Source: Psychrobacter sp. HD31
GTDB lineage: Bacteria; Pseudomonadota; Gammaproteobacteria; Pseudomonadales; Moraxellaceae
Reading direction: 5' to 3'
Assembly (NCBI RefSeq): GCF_051097895.1
Contig: NZ_CP142525.1
Coordinates: 120,001 to 152,000, forward strand
Length of the DNA: 32,000 bases
Below are positions 1-8,058 of this stretch, piece by piece. Below the pieces are notes generated by a model. That model did no database searches, was not told where the DNA came from, and saw only the letters and a program-made list of their open reading frames with translations. The translations under genes and the position numbers were made by a program. Positions within the stretch are counted from its first letter, which is position 1; every line of letters starts with the position of its first letter.

Positions 1-2
1 TC

Positions 3-503
3 ATGAAACTTTTGTTAATACGAGAGCTTAGCATGCAAAAAGAGTCACAAAAGCAGCTTTTATCTCAAACAATTAAGCAAAGCTATCGTATATTACCGCA
101 TGATATGGGCTGGCGTTTGCACTTACCAAATTATAGATATTTATCTTTTATTGAACTCAACATTAGCAAGTTTTTATTAAAAGTTAGTAAAACCTTTGGC
201 TGTAAAATACACTCGTTAGTTGCCATGCAAGAAATCGTGTATCTTAAAGAAGTTAAGTTTTTAGATCAATTGAGTGTAGAAACAAAAATTGAAGGTTGGG
301 ACAACAAGTATATTTATTTTCAGCATACTTTTAAAGTTAAGCAGCAAGTTGTATCGATAGGGTTAACTAAAGTGCTGCTAGTGGCAAACAAACAAAAATG
401 CTTACCAGCAGATATTGGATTGGATGATACCCACATCACACAAGTTGTTGAAACTTGGCAAAACAACCAAACGGCAATAAAAAACCAACCGTCATCAAGC
501 TAA
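3..503 (+). CDS. hotdog-fold thioesterase-like protein (4HBT_2-like); may be 5'-partial or start at internal ATG 33
   Basis: 166-aa ORF. The HD..W..HLPNYRYLSFIE and WDNKYIYFQHTF stretches resemble the thioesterase-like superfamily pattern (D.D...H.NN.RYL...E / WD.K..Y..H.F). Recognised by eye only. Confidence 0.5.
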   Translation: MKLLLIRELSMQKESQKQLLSQTIKQSYRILPHDMGWRLHLPNYRYLSFIELNISKFLLKVSKTFGCKIHSLVAMQEIVYLKEVKFLDQLSVETKIEGWDNKYIYFQHTFKVKQQVVSIGLTKVLLVANKQKCLPADIGLDDTHITQVVETWQNNQTAIKNQPSSS

Positions 504-1391
504 CTAAACATGTGTTTTATGTACTTGGTCATTTAATTTTGTGAGTGTATGACTGAGTATAACCCCCAATAAAATTAAGTTCCAAGATATGTGAATCCAA
601 ATTAATAAAATGGGTAATGCGGCAAAGGCACCATAAATTGTGGAGTAGTTAGTTGAGTGGCTCATGATAATTGCAAATAAAAACTTGGTTGCTTCAAACA
701 ATAAAGAAATGATGACCCCAGAGATAAAGGCGGATTTAATAGGCACGTTTACTTTGGGTATGAACCAATACATGGCAGTAAAGCCGATGGCAGTAATCGA
801 GTAAGAAATCACCTTTGCCCATATCGCCCAGTTAATAGCATAACCATAAATTTGTTGATTTAAAAAGCTAAGACCTTGTATAAATGCCGACGCTACAAAG
901 GCAATCCCTAATACCAAAGGCACTATCGCAATAATCGTAAGATGACGAAATAAGCTATATACAAGTGCTTTAAATAATGATTTCGATTGATCGCGTTTAA
1001 AAATATCTATGTCCCAAATATGGTTAAACGCCACCTCAACTTTTATCAACGTAATGACGGTTGTAACAAATAACATGATGATACCAACTGCGGTTAAATT
1101 AAAAGACTGTTCTGTAAATTTATTAATGTACTCTTTAAGTTGAACACTCGATTGTGGCATTAGGTTGCTATAAATTAGGCTATATATTTGCTCTCGAGTG
1201 GACTCTAACGCAGGTATCGTTGATAGCACAATCAGTAGCACGGTAAGTATTGGCACGATAGATAGGAGCGTTGTATAAGTGAGCGACGCAGCTATTTGTG
1301 ATGTGTTTTTGTTGAAAAAGTTTTTTAAAACAAGCACAAAAAAATGACTGGTTTTGTGTAACATGTTGGGTTTAACTTTTGTGTTTTTCAT
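504..1391 (-). CDS. yihY: YihY/BrkB (formerly RNase BN) family inner-membrane protein
   Basis: 295-aa polytopic membrane ORF. The N-terminal AASLTYTTLLSIVPILTVL motif is typical of the YihY/virulence factor BrkB family. Its stop codon directly abuts the stop of the convergent upstream ORF. Confidence 0.8.
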   Translation of the reverse strand: MKNTKVKPNMLHKTSHFFVLVLKNFFNKNTSQIAASLTYTTLLSIVPILTVLLIVLSTIPALESTREQIYSLIYSNLMPQSSVQLKEYINKFTEQSFNLTAVGIIMLFVTTVITLIKVEVAFNHIWDIDIFKRDQSKSLFKALVYSLFRHLTIIAIVPLVLGIAFVASAFIQGLSFLNQQIYGYAINWAIWAKVISYSITAIGFTAMYWFIPKVNVPIKSAFISGVIISLLFEATKFLFAIIMSHSTNYSTIYGAFAALPILLIWIHISWNLILLGVILSHTLTKLNDQVHKTHV

Positions 1392-1568
1392 ATGATACTT
1401 ATATTAAGGTATTTTTGTGATGGCTTTATTTTACCAAAAAAACGCGTGTAAAAAGCCTGTAAACTTTGCATGTTTTTTTATGACTAGGCATAATAGAGTT
1501 ACTTTATAAATTGCCTACATTTTTTGTTAATATTTTAAAAACACACATATTCCAAATAGGGAGTAAAT

Positions 1569-2162
1569 ATGGCAGAGCCTTACATTTTGGTGCTATATCA
1601 ATCAAATTATGGCACAACAAAACAACTTGCATATCAAATTGCTCAAGGGGTTACTCAAACGGGTATGGCGGTAAAAATCCGCACAGTACCAAGTGTGGCA
1701 GCTGAAACCACAGAAATTAAGCCAGCCATTCCTGAAGAAGGCGACTTGTATTGCAGTGCTGATGACTTAAAGGATTGTGTTGGATTGGCAATGGGTAGCC
1801 CAACTTATTTTGGTAATATGTCTGCCTCATTAAAATATTTTTTGGATAATACCGTAACAGTATGGATGGCAGGTAATTTACAAAATAAACCTGCCTGTGT
1901 GTTTACTAGCACAGGTTCTATGCACGGTGGGCAAGAAACCACGTTAATGAGTATGATGTTGCCGCTGTTGCATCATGGCATGATGATGATTGGTTTACCG
2001 TATTCAGAACCTGCATTAAACCGAACCAACCGTGGTGGCACACCTTATGGAGTCACGCATGTGAGTGGAGCAACGCACGACCACCCAATGAGTGAAGATG
2101 AAAAACTATTGGCGGTTGCACAAGGCAAACGATTGGCAGAAGTAGCTAAAAAGCTTCTTTAA
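1569..2162 (+). CDS. wrbA: NAD(P)H:quinone oxidoreductase, WrbA type (flavodoxin-like fold)
   Basis: 197 aa. The flavodoxin-like N-terminus ILVLYQSNYGTTKQLA, plus GSPTYFGNMSA and GGQETT motifs, are characteristic of WrbA. AGGGAG SD lies 5 nt upstream of the ATG. Confidence 0.85.
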   Translation: MAEPYILVLYQSNYGTTKQLAYQIAQGVTQTGMAVKIRTVPSVAAETTEIKPAIPEEGDLYCSADDLKDCVGLAMGSPTYFGNMSASLKYFLDNTVTVWMAGNLQNKPACVFTSTGSMHGGQETTLMSMMLPLLHHGMMMIGLPYSEPALNRTNRGGTPYGVTHVSGATHDHPMSEDEKLLAVAQGKRLAEVAKKLL

Positions 2163-2197
2163 TCGATACTTGTATCTTTTATGGCTATTGGTTACTT

Positions 2198-2241
2198 AAA
2201 AGTGCTTAACTAAAAGTATTGAATTGAAAAGTACTGAATTG
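2198..2241. repeat. three tandem copies of a 14-15 bp unit AAAAGTnnTnAAnTn in the wrbA 3' region
   Basis: Copies are aaaagtgcttaact / aaaagtattgaattg / aaaagtactgaattg. The last two differ at 1 of 15 positions. Confidence 0.7.
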
Positions 2242-2276
2242 ACAGTTTTTTTAAATTAGTTAAAAAATAGGCACAA

Positions 2277-2310
2277 AAAAAGCCGTTCTGATTAATATAG
2301 AACGGCTTTT
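2277..2310. terminator. bidirectional rho-independent terminator (wrbA on +, tRNA on -)
   Basis: Perfect 8-bp stem GCCGTTCT/AGAACGGC (2282-2289 / 2299-2306), flanked by an A-run upstream and TTTT downstream. Confidence 0.8.
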
Positions 2311-2342
2311 GCTTTTATAGCTTAAAGCTATTTTTACAAAAT

Positions 2343-2419
2343 TGGTGGGCCCAGCAGGACTCGAACCTGCGACCAATGGATTATGAGTCCACTGCTCTAA
2401 CCAACTGAGCTATGGGCCC
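2343..2419 (-). tRNA. ileX: tRNA with CAU anticodon, most likely tRNA-Ile2 (lysidine-modified) rather than elongator tRNA-Met
   Basis: The reverse complement is GGGCCCATAGCTCAGTTGGTTAGAGCAGTGGACTCATAATCCATTGGTCGCAGGTTCGAGTCCTGCTGGGCCCACCA. It has cloverleaf arms, a CTCATAA anticodon loop and an encoded CCA. The C4-G69/C5-G68 acceptor pairs and the TTGGTC variable region resemble E. coli ileX more than metT. Confidence 0.9.
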
Positions 2420-2506
2420 TAGTTGTACACCAGTTATGGCAATCATTTAACTATTAACAACAATGAATAGAATAGATTGCATATGTGTCACTAGAGTAGG
2501 CGATAT

Positions 2507-2534
2507 ATAATACCTTAATTTTACAAATTTGCAA
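2507..2534 (-). promoter_or_regulatory. candidate sigma70 promoter for the CAU tRNA
   Basis: On the minus strand: TTGCAA (2529-2534), 16-nt spacer, TATTAT (2507-2512). It sits about 90 nt upstream of the mature tRNA 5' end. Confidence 0.35.
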
Positions 2535-2566
2535 TAGCTAAGCAAACATTGGGCGATTTTATTGTT

Positions 2567-4252
2567 TTATTTTTTTGATGCGTTCGTTAAAGCAGAAGCA
2601 ATTTGTTCTAATAAAGGGGGAATGTCATATCTATCTGTCATGATTTCAATAAACACCATTTTATCTTTATTTTGATTGGCTTGTTCTAACGACTGTCTTA
2701 ATGTGGCTGGTGTTTCGGCTTTTAGCATTAAACAATTGGTTTCATCTGCCCCAAAAGCATGTGGCATTAATTGCCAATCCACGCTTGGTATATCGTTATA
2801 AGATTGCTTTGCTCCATGAATGGCTCTTTCTACGGTGTAACCATCATTATTAATGAGCATAATGACTGGATTGAGTTTTTCACGGATCATAACCGCAAGT
2901 TCTTGTATGGTAAGTAGGGCAGAACCATCTCCAATCAATAATACAGGGCGTTTTTCTGGTGATGCCATGCCAGCACCTAAACAAGCTGGCAATGTGTAAC
3001 CAATAGAGCCCCACATTGGCTGTCCGTAAAAGGTCACGCCTTGTGGTAAACGCACGTCGCTTATCCCAAAGTAAGAGGTACCTTGCTCGGCAAAAACCAC
3101 ATTATTACCATCAAAACATTGCGCAATAATTTGCCATAAATCATCTTGTTTTAGCGGGCTATTATCATCGCCTTTTTGTTTAAACTCTTCTGGTACATCG
3201 ATTAACGGTTTGGCAATAACATTGACCTTAGTTAATACCTCATGCAAAGCTGATAATGAATCTTTAAGTGAGATAGGGGCAAACACTTTACCACCAACAC
3301 TGGCACGCTCATAATGTAAGTCAACCACACGTTTTTCATCAATTTCTTGACTAAAACCGGCGGTTGTTGTGTCTGTATAGTTCACCCCAATTTTTATTAA
3401 GCATTCTGCATTTTCAACGGCATCTTTAACAACAGGGCGTGATGCAATCCCTGCATATGTGCCCGCCCAACGTTCGCTATGCTCATCAAGGAGTGTTTTA
3501 CCCCAAGATAAGGTGCTAAAAGGGATGTTAGTATCTTTAATTAATGCCTTTAGTTCATTTTGTAAACCTTGTCTATGCACCATTAAATCAGCAATTAACG
3601 TGGTGGTTTTGCCATCTATAAACTTTGCGACATACTCTTTAAAATCGTTTAATGCCGCTTGGCTAGTGATATCTTCTACCGTATCAATCAGTTTAGTTGT
3701 AGGTGGGTAAATAGGGGTTCTGGCAACGTCTGGCGATAGCAGTAGATAGCCAGGTCGATTTTCTTGCAAAATCATGCGTATGACTCTATCAATTTCTGTT
3801 GCGGCGTTATCAGTGGTAATTTGGGCTTTAGCAACTGTTATCGGTTCAATCATGCTCATAAAGTGGTTAAACACGCCGTCACCTAAAGTGTGATGGATTT
3901 TGCGTTTGCTGTTTTGTAAAGCTAAGTTTGGGGCACCCACAATGTGTAAAACGGGTGCATATTCGGCATAAGAACCGGCGGTTGCATTAACTGCGGATAG
4001 CTCACCAACACCAAAGGTTGTGATAAATGCGGCAAAACCACGCTCTCTGGCATAGCCGTCTGCAGCATAGCCGGCATTTAACTCATTTGTGTTGCCAACC
4101 CAGCTAAGCTTGTTTGATGCAATGATATTGTCTAAAAAAGGGAGGTTAAAGTCGCCTGGCACACCAAAAATATCAGTTGCGCCTGCTTCATGGACTCGGT
4201 CAAATAAGTAATCGGCAATTGTATAGGGTGTTTGTTGTTTTGTCTTTTGCAT
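2567..4252 (-). CDS. ipdC: thiamine-diphosphate-dependent alpha-keto-acid decarboxylase (indolepyruvate/phenylpyruvate/pyruvate decarboxylase family)
   Basis: 561 aa. The N-terminal YTIADYLFDRVHEAGATDIFGVPGDFNLPFLD and NELNAGYAADGYAR motifs, and the C-terminal TPP motif GDGSALLTIQEL...NNDGYTVER, are typical of the PDC/IPDC family. AGAGGA SD precedes the ATG. Substrate cannot be told from sequence alone. Confidence 0.8.
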   Translation of the reverse strand: MQKTKQQTPYTIADYLFDRVHEAGATDIFGVPGDFNLPFLDNIIASNKLSWVGNTNELNAGYAADGYARERGFAAFITTFGVGELSAVNATAGSYAEYAPVLHIVGAPNLALQNSKRKIHHTLGDGVFNHFMSMIEPITVAKAQITTDNAATEIDRVIRMILQENRPGYLLLSPDVARTPIYPPTTKLIDTVEDITSQAALNDFKEYVAKFIDGKTTTLIADLMVHRQGLQNELKALIKDTNIPFSTLSWGKTLLDEHSERWAGTYAGIASRPVVKDAVENAECLIKIGVNYTDTTTAGFSQEIDEKRVVDLHYERASVGGKVFAPISLKDSLSALHEVLTKVNVIAKPLIDVPEEFKQKGDDNSPLKQDDLWQIIAQCFDGNNVVFAEQGTSYFGISDVRLPQGVTFYGQPMWGSIGYTLPACLGAGMASPEKRPVLLIGDGSALLTIQELAVMIREKLNPVIMLINNDGYTVERAIHGAKQSYNDIPSVDWQLMPHAFGADETNCLMLKAETPATLRQSLEQANQNKDKMVFIEIMTDRYDIPPLLEQIASALTNASKK

Positions 4253-4400
4253 TTATTTTTATCCTCTTTACTCAATAACTATTGGCAAAATTTAGAGGAA
4301 TAATAATAGTGTATAAAAAATAATTATACAATATATAATCTAAAATAATAATTGGGCGAGTTGGTTTGTTATTTTATATAAATTTTTGTGCTAAAAAGTG

Positions 4401-4428
4401 TTGACACACAAAAATAAACCAGTATAAT
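4401..4428 (+). promoter_or_regulatory. consensus sigma70 promoter of tRNA-Gly
   Basis: TTGACA (4401-4406), 16-nt spacer, TATAAT (4423-4428). The -10 element ends 14 nt before the tRNA 5' end. Confidence 0.75.
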
Positions 4429-4442
4429 ACCCTGCACATTCA

Positions 4443-4518
<76 letters not shown>

Positions 4519-4529
4519 AATTCTAAAAA

Positions 4530-4566
4530 GACCAAGTACACATTAAATTGTTACTTGGTCTTTTTT
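4530..4566 (+). terminator. rho-independent terminator of tRNA-Gly
   Basis: 9-bp perfect stem GACCAAGTA/TACTTGGTC followed by TTTTTT. Confidence 0.85.
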
Positions 4567-4579
4567 ATTGCCTGTTATT

Positions 4580-4594
4580 TGGGCATCTTGCCCA
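4580..4594. repeat. small REP-like hairpin TGGGCA-tct-TGCCCA sharing the GCCCAGC core with the element at 4798
   Basis: 6-bp stem with a 3-nt loop. It is followed by GCAC, giving ttGCCCAGCac. Confidence 0.4.
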
Positions 4595-4797
4595 GCACAA
4601 CCAACATAACCCCACACAACTAAATGCCAAAATGGCCCTGAAGAATAATATTGAACAAAAGTAAAGGCACATAGCATAACAATGTTAGAGGCGTATGCTA
4701 TATTGCAAATGGTATTTATCCGACTGACTGGGGTAATGGTGGTATATTAACTATAATGGACTTTGAATACGACTAGATTTGGTTAGGCAATGCTATT

Positions 4798-4821
4798 GCT
4801 GGGCTACAAGCCCAGCCTACG
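4798..4821. repeat. REP-like extragenic palindrome GCTGGGCT-aca-AGCCCAGC followed by CTACG
   Basis: Perfect 8-bp stem with a 3-nt loop (4798-4816). The 3' part CCCAGCCTACG (4811-4821) recurs inverted at 5613-5623. Confidence 0.6.
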
Positions 4822-4867
4822 CTTGCTTGATGAATTACCAAAAGAATTTAACTAGAAAGGTTTGCCA

Positions 4868-5563
4868 ATGATTTACTTTAAAGAAAAGTTGAAATTTTTA
4901 GAAAGTTTTACAAGTTTCTATTTATCATCAGCTTCTATATCAGTATTTCTTCTTATTTATCTTGCATTAGCTTATATACCGCAAAGTATTTGGGAAGGAT
5001 ATAATTTAATAATTATTTTTTGTGTACATCTTCTTCAATTAATCTTAGCAAGCATTCTTTATGCAAACAGGATTAAAAACTTTACACAAAAGTTTATTGC
5101 TAAAGTGGTATTAACAATAGTCGTATTGATATTTATTCATAAAATAATTACTTTTTTAATAGGTACAGAAGGGATTTTAACAACATTATATAGCAATATC
5201 TCATTAATATGTTTATTTCCTATTGGAATAGCATATTTAGGAGCCAATAACTTTAATAAAAGCTCTATCCAACGACTTATTATTTATAGTATCTTAATAT
5301 TTTTTGCTGAAAGCATATTAAGTTATATAATACTTTACGTAAATGGATTAGATGAACAAGGTTTCTATAACCATATTTGGGAGCATATAATATCTTATTT
5401 CTCTTATCTAATGGCAATTATTACTTATTGCAAAAGCTATCCATTAATGCATCCATTTTTTGTGAAGCTGAATAATAGGTTTAACAATATTTATCTTTTT
5501 ATACGTGGTTTAACATTTTTAATAGGGATGCCAACACTACTTTTATTGGTAATTTTTGGATAA
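4868..5563 (+). CDS. orphan polytopic membrane protein (about 7 predicted TM segments), very AT-rich
   Basis: 231-aa ORF from ATG 4868, with GAAAGG 7-8 nt upstream; the track's TTG at 4862 is less likely. Hydrophobic segments run throughout and I recognise no family motif. Hand-counted GC is 18-27% in sampled 60-nt lines versus 38-48% in neighbouring genes. Confidence 0.6.
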   Translation: MIYFKEKLKFLESFTSFYLSSASISVFLLIYLALAYIPQSIWEGYNLIIIFCVHLLQLILASILYANRIKNFTQKFIAKVVLTIVVLIFIHKIITFLIGTEGILTTLYSNISLICLFPIGIAYLGANNFNKSSIQRLIIYSILIFFAESILSYIILYVNGLDEQGFYNHIWEHIISYFSYLMAIITYCKSYPLMHPFFVKLNNRFNNIYLFIRGLTFLIGMPTLLLLVIFG

Positions 5564-5612
5564 ACCACCAAATCCTTATTTTGTGTAGGCTTAAATAATA
5601 CTTTGTAGGAAC

Positions 5613-5623
5613 CGTAGGCTGGG
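5613..5623. repeat. truncated inverted copy of the REP-like element (CGTAGGCTGGG), within a cluster of three GTAGG motifs (5585, 5605, 5614)
   Basis: It is the exact 11-nt reverse complement of 4811-4821. The hairpin half is missing (GGGGTTTTAACTC instead of GGGCTTGTAGCCC). Confidence 0.5.
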
Positions 5624-5879
5624 GTTTTAACTCGTCATAATCAAATATTGATATTGTATATAATCACTTTTCCATGTATTTGCAAAGTGGGTAGACAATA
5701 TAAATAGGATTATCGAGCTATGCTGTGTGATTTGCTAGCGAGTATAAGCCCATAATCTGCTTACTTCCTTTATTATCACTGTAAAAATCATCACAACATA
5801 GCTTCATTTCTAACAAAAATTAGTTAGCAACTTTTTACTTTTTTATCCATCTAGCTACAAGTAGGAGCACAATTATTAA

Positions 5880-5894
5880 TAATACTAATTATCA
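5880..5894. promoter_or_regulatory. candidate Fur box next to a -10 element upstream of the siderophore-binding protein gene
   Basis: TAATACT-A-ATTATCA matches 12/14 positions of the 7-1-7 Fur motif TGATAAT-n-ATTATCA. TATAAT follows at 5897-5902. Confidence 0.6.
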
Positions 5895-5990
5895 TTTATA
5901 ATTGTATTTGTTTCTCATCTGATTTATGATGTTCAATCAATTAGATAAGTCTTTTATCAAAATAACCGTTTAAACACATTTATAGTATTA

Positions 5991-6977
5991 ATGAGTAGCG
6001 ATATGAACAATAGATTAAAAACACTAGGTTTGGCTATTTTAGTGGCGACTAGCCTTATTGGTTGTGAAAAAAACAATGAGCAAGCTAATAATAGTTTAAA
6101 AGAAGAAGCAACCATGCAAGAGGGGACTTCTGTAAATACGCAAATTACTGTTAACACAGTAAAAGGTGATGTTGTTGTTCCACTACAACCAAAACCAATT
6201 GCTGTTTATGATATGAGTATCATGCAAAACTTGGTTGCTTTAGGAGTAGAGGCAGATGGTTTGCCTACCAACCTATTGCTTGATACCTTTAAAATTAAAG
6301 GGACAGAGTCAGCTGACATTGGTACAGTTTTTGAACCAAACTTTGAGAAAGTTCACGCCTTAAAACCACAAGCAATTTTTATAGGTGGGCGTGCATCATC
6401 GCAATATGATGAGTTAAACAAAATTGCACCAACTTTAGATCTTAGCCTAGATTGGGCAGATATGTACGGATCAAGCTTATCCATGCTAACCACCTTAGGT
6501 AATATTTTTGACAAGTCTGACAAAGCCAGTGAGCTGGTGAATGATATAAAAACTGTCGTTGATGAGACAAAACAAGTTACCACAGGAAAAGGCAATGGTT
6601 TGATACTTATAGTAAATGGCAATAAAGTAACAGCGGCAGGAGCAGAGTCAAGATTTGGGTTTATCCATAACCAGCTTGGCATACCCATGGCAGATAACAA
6701 TATCGAAGCTCACACCCATGGTGAGCCTGTCTCTTTTGAATATATCCAAAAAACTAACCCAGACTGGCTGTTTGTGTTGGACCGTACCTCAGCAATTGGG
6801 CAAGAAGGTCCTGGTGCCTTAGAAGTTTTAGATAATGATTTGATTCATCAAACGAAGGCATGGCAAAAAAATCAAATTATACAGTTAAGTCCAGATTCTT
6901 ATCTTGCTTTTGGAGGATACTATCAATGGATGAAAGATGCTAAAGCTATCAAAGCTGCTTTTGAAAAGCTCAATTAA
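5991..6977 (+). CDS. iron-siderophore ABC transporter substrate-binding lipoprotein (Peripla_BP_2 / cluster A-2; CeuE, VctP, YclQ-like)
   Basis: 328 aa. The signal peptide has the lipobox LIGC (MNNRLKTLGLAILVATSLIGC; alternative start ATG 6003). P..I...D......L.ALG and KPDLIF-like (ALKPQAIFIGGR) segments are typical of this family. Two FecCD permease genes and an ATPase gene follow. Confidence 0.8.
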   Translation: MSSDMNNRLKTLGLAILVATSLIGCEKNNEQANNSLKEEATMQEGTSVNTQITVNTVKGDVVVPLQPKPIAVYDMSIMQNLVALGVEADGLPTNLLLDTFKIKGTESADIGTVFEPNFEKVHALKPQAIFIGGRASSQYDELNKIAPTLDLSLDWADMYGSSLSMLTTLGNIFDKSDKASELVNDIKTVVDETKQVTTGKGNGLILIVNGNKVTAAGAESRFGFIHNQLGIPMADNNIEAHTHGEPVSFEYIQKTNPDWLFVLDRTSAIGQEGPGALEVLDNDLIHQTKAWQKNQIIQLSPDSYLAFGGYYQWMKDAKAIKAAFEKLN

Positions 6978-7004
6978 TTAGATACCCTCATTTATATCAC
7001 GAAC

Positions 7005-7047
7005 AATGGATTTACTTAACTTTAACAACTTGAGTAATCCATTTTTT
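7005..7047 (+). terminator. intra-operon hairpin plus T-tract between the SBP gene and the permease genes (possible attenuating terminator)
   Basis: AATGGATT (7005-7012) pairs with AATCCATT (7036-7043), with further partial pairing (ACT/AGT). TTTTTT follows directly. Confidence 0.5.
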
Positions 7048-7049
7048 GT

Positions 7050-8048
7050 TTGTCAAAATTAATAACATTAAATCAGCAGATGCACGTTAACATCCAAAAC
7101 CCGCTCATACTCAACCTTACAAGCATGATTGTGATGCTCGTTTTAGTGGTGATTAGCTTATCGGTAGGTGTTGCAGATTTTTCTTGGTCAGAAATACTTT
7201 ATGGTGTTAATCAAGACAGTCTGTCATTACTTTTGGTAAGCCGCCTCCCACGTACATTGGCAATCATACTTGCTGGTGCCAGCTTGGCGATTGCAGGTAC
7301 AATTCTTCAGGTAGTATTACGTAACCGATTTGTTTCTCCCAGTATGGTTGGTGCGACCCAAAGCTCTGGGCTAGGTTTGTTATTGATTAGTTTGTTGTTT
7401 CCTGCCAGCAGTTTGCTGTTAAAAATGGGAGTCGCCACATTTTTTGCCGTATTAACCATGCTGCTGTTTATGCGTTTGGTTGACAAGTTACCACCGACGC
7501 AGTACTTAATAGTGCCCCTGATTGGTATTGTATTTGGTGGGATTATTGACTCGATGACAGTGTTTATTGCTTACCAAACTGAGATGATGCAAATGCTATC
7601 AGTTTGGCAATTTGGTGATTTTTCTGCCATTTTATCTGGGCGTTATGAATGGCTTTGGATTACAGCTGTGCTGATTGTATTAGCATATCTGCTTGCAGAT
7701 CAATTAACCATTGTTGGTTTGGGCGATGATATTGCCATTAATCTTGGAATAAATAAAAAATTTATTAGCAGATTCGCTATTGGCGTGGTGTCAATGGTAA
7801 GTGCCGTTGTTGTCATCACTGTAGGTTCGATACCATTTGTTGGTTTGGTAGTACCTAACATTGTTAGCCATATCATTGGTGATCAACTAAGACGCTGTCT
7901 GCCAGCTGTGGCAATACTAGGCGCATCTGCACTGTTATTGTGCGATATTATCGGAAGGACGATTCGTTTCCCTTATGAAGTTCCTGTCGCAACCGTATTT
8001 GGTGTTGTTGGTGCAATTATCTTTTTATGGTTGTTATTAAGGAAATAA
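7050..8048 (+). CDS. iron-chelate ABC transporter permease, FecCD family (subunit 1)
   Basis: 332-aa (TTG 7050) or 322-aa (ATG 7080) polytopic ORF. SRLPRTLAIILAGASLAIAGTILQ and the GLVVPNIV...R C-terminal region are typical FecCD/BtuC motifs. Confidence 0.85.
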   Translation: MSKLITLNQQMHVNIQNPLILNLTSMIVMLVLVVISLSVGVADFSWSEILYGVNQDSLSLLLVSRLPRTLAIILAGASLAIAGTILQVVLRNRFVSPSMVGATQSSGLGLLLISLLFPASSLLLKMGVATFFAVLTMLLFMRLVDKLPPTQYLIVPLIGIVFGGIIDSMTVFIAYQTEMMQMLSVWQFGDFSAILSGRYEWLWITAVLIVLAYLLADQLTIVGLGDDIAINLGINKKFISRFAIGVVSMVSAVVVITVGSIPFVGLVVPNIVSHIIGDQLRRCLPAVAILGASALLLCDIIGRTIRFPYEVPVATVFGVVGAIIFLWLLLRK

Positions 8049-8058
8049 AATAAACGTT

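Noticed and set aside
1511-1705. 64-aa ORF overlapping the wrbA start in another frame
   Set aside because: It lies across the wrbA SD and N-terminus. It has an odd composition and a non-ATG start with no RBS. The WrbA frame is clearly the real one.
3459-3710. 83-aa ORF antisense to ipdC
   Set aside because: It is embedded entirely in a well-supported gene on the opposite strand. It is Ser/Leu/Cys-rich, as is typical of antisense frames, and has no RBS.
5648-5664. TTGATA and TATAAT hexamers that look like a promoter
   Set aside because: They are only 5 nt apart, which is incompatible with sigma70 spacing. This is a chance occurrence in AT-rich DNA.
4519-5990. Classical tRNA-Gly-integrated genomic island or prophage remnant
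   Set aside because: I found no integrase, no phage genes and no direct repeat of the tRNA-Gly 3' end by eye. Only the composition anomaly and the short inverted repeats remain; these are reported separately.
5957-6700. ORFs 5957-6157(-) and 6353-6700(-), antisense to the SBP gene
   Set aside because: These are shadow ORFs of a confidently assigned gene. They have no SD and no recognisable motifs.
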